From NCBI GenBank assembly GCA_965205025.1, contig CBDBFU010000003.1:96001-160000 (forward strand): DNA of 64,000 bases, given 5' to 3'. The notes beneath the pieces are model-generated. The model saw only the letters and a list, made by a program, of their open reading frames with translations. It did no database searches and was not told where the DNA came from. Positions within the stretch are counted from its first letter, which is position 1, and the number at the start of each line of letters is the position of its first letter. The DNA comes from Candidatus Poribacteria bacterium (GTDB lineage Bacteria > Poribacteria > WGA-4E > WGA-3G). The position numbers were made by a program, and so were the translations under genes. Below, one piece after another: positions 62,566 to 64,000 of the stretch.

Positions 62566-63276
62566 TTAATTTCGATTGTTATGCCAGACTTCCGCTATCT
62601 GCATATCTTCTGGGGTTGTTAGTTTTATATTTTTATAACTTCCCAGGACTAACTTAACTGGGTTACCAAGTTTTTCAACTAATGCAGCATCATCTGACGC
62701 GGTAATTCCTGTTTGTAAAGCAGTTTTGTAGGCTTCAAGTAATAGAGATTTCCGGAAAACTTGAGGTGTTTGTACATGCCACAATCTATTTCTATCAGGA
62801 GTGTGATCAATGAAGTGGTCTTCGTTTGCCACCTTAATCGTATCTTTTACCGGAACTGCTGAAACAGCTGCTCCCCATTTTTCTGAGGCTACAAGGCATT
62901 CAAAGATTATTTTCTCGTCAAGAAAAGGACGGACTCCATCGTGGACAATCACATATTCAACATCATCTGAAAGAGCACAGAGTCCATTAAATACGGATGA
63001 TTGTCGAGTTTCACCACCAGAAATCAGTTCACGAACTTTCTTGTAATGGTAAGGGATAATCGCGGTTTCATTGCATATATCAAAATCAGATTTGTCAACA
63101 ATAACATATATTTCGTCAATAGCACTATTGTTTTCAAATAGGTCAATTGTATGGGATAGAATCGGTTTATCGTCTAATATGAGATAAGGTTTTTTTATAG
63201 AGGTTTCCATTCGATGACCTGCCCCTGCAGCGGGAATAAGAACGTCAATTTTGGTGTTCATCTGTTCCCATCTCAT
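62566..63276 (-). CDS. ispD: MEP cytidylyltransferase
   Basis: PAAGAG.RM, GGETRQSSV, VHDGVRP, QTPQ, NIKLTTPED. Confidence 0.96.
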   Translation of the reverse strand: MRWEQMNTKIDVLIPAAGAGHRMETSIKKPYLILDDKPILSHTIDLFENNSAIDEIYVIVDKSDFDICNETAIIPYHYKKVRELISGGETRQSSVFNGLCALSDDVEYVIVHDGVRPFLDEKIIFECLVASEKWGAAVSAVPVKDTIKVANEDHFIDHTPDRNRLWHVQTPQVFRKSLLLEAYKTALQTGITASDDAALVEKLGNPVKLVLGSYKNIKLTTPEDMQIAEVWHNNRN

Positions 63277-63998
63277 CCAATGTTGTCCCCCAAGTTAGCT
63301 GAATCCGCATTACGAGCAAAGATCATTTGCCCTGTACTGGTTCGCAACATTTGTGTGACAACCACATCAAGTGTTTGTCCGATACAGTCTTTTCCATCTT
63401 CAACGATAACCATAGTCCCGTCATCAAGATATCCTACACCTTGGTTTGGTTCTTTTCCAACTTTCTGAAGTTGTACTTGAATAATCTCTCCTGATCCAAC
63501 AATAGGTCGGATTGCATTTGCTAATTCATTTATGTTGAGTACTTTAACACCTTGAAGTTCTGCTACTTTATTTAGATTTAAGTCGTTCGTGATAATCTTA
63601 GCAAAATGCTTCTGTGCGAAATGGACAAGTTTCGCGTCAACCTCCGTTAGGTGTGGAACATCTTCCTCAATAATTTCAACGGCGATATAAGGACTATTTT
63701 GTAGAGAACGCAGAATATCGAAACCGCGCCGTCCTTTATTCTTTCGTAAAATATCTGCTGAATCTGCGATATGTTGTAACTCATTTAATACAAAACGAGG
63801 AATTAACAATGTTCCATCTATAAATTGTGTTTCGCAAATTTCAAGTATTCTTCCATCAATTATAACACTTGTATCTAAAATTTTAAAACCGTTAACATCG
63901 TTTGTAGCGAATGGTGTACCGGTTTGTGTATAACGATAGGAGTTTAACAATCTGACAACAGGTGTGCTCTCAGATATGTAGTACCCACTAATCATACC
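63273..63998 (-). CDS. PIN/TRAM domain protein (YacL-like), 5'-truncated by window edge
   Basis: ILDTSVIIDGRI, TNDLNLNKVA, GKEPNQGVGYLDDGTMVIVE; usual synteny with ispD-ispF-cysS. Confidence 0.92.
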   Translation of the reverse strand, partial: GMISGYYISESTPVVRLLNSYRYTQTGTPFATNDVNGFKILDTSVIIDGRILEICETQFIDGTLLIPRFVLNELQHIADSADILRKNKGRRGFDILRSLQNSPYIAVEIIEEDVPHLTEVDAKLVHFAQKHFAKIITNDLNLNKVAELQGVKVLNINELANAIRPIVGSGEIIQVQLQKVGKEPNQGVGYLDDGTMVIVEDGKDCIGQTLDVVVTQMLRTSTGQMIFARNADSANLGDNIG

Positions 63999-64000
63999 AA

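Overview
A 64-kb, AT-rich bacterial chromosomal window. The inferred source is Candidatus Poribacteria or a relative, based on secreted proteins ending in a 'V.P..KL...W..LK' tail, an 'LLQNYPNPFNPETWIPYQL' Ig-like C-terminal domain, DUF1549/1553, sulfatase and Gfo/Idh/MocA genes. Housekeeping genes (mtaB, tsaB, tsaE, aroA, tenA, phoR-like, katG, accA, dprA, cysS, ispD, ispF, tRNA-Ala(GGC)) are mixed with catabolic, transport and secreted-protein genes and a CfrBI-type type II restriction-modification pair. Several features are missed by the ORF track: (1) a probable UxxC selenoprotein split at an in-frame UGA; (2) five signal-peptide proteins from three unrelated families that share a short C-terminal motif resembling a sorting signal; (3) a promoter-defined, strongly structured ~175-nt leader upstream of a STAS gene; (4) two clusters of internally deleted or chimeric gene remnants (IS4, a REP-flanked RAYT, BrnT, DUF433/PIN/DUF4926); (5) nested-palindrome, MITE-like intergenic elements; (6) a cluster of small deletions at 22-27.5 kb that are probably assembly errors. 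No CRISPR array or rRNA was seen. All family assignments come from motif recognition, not from database searches.
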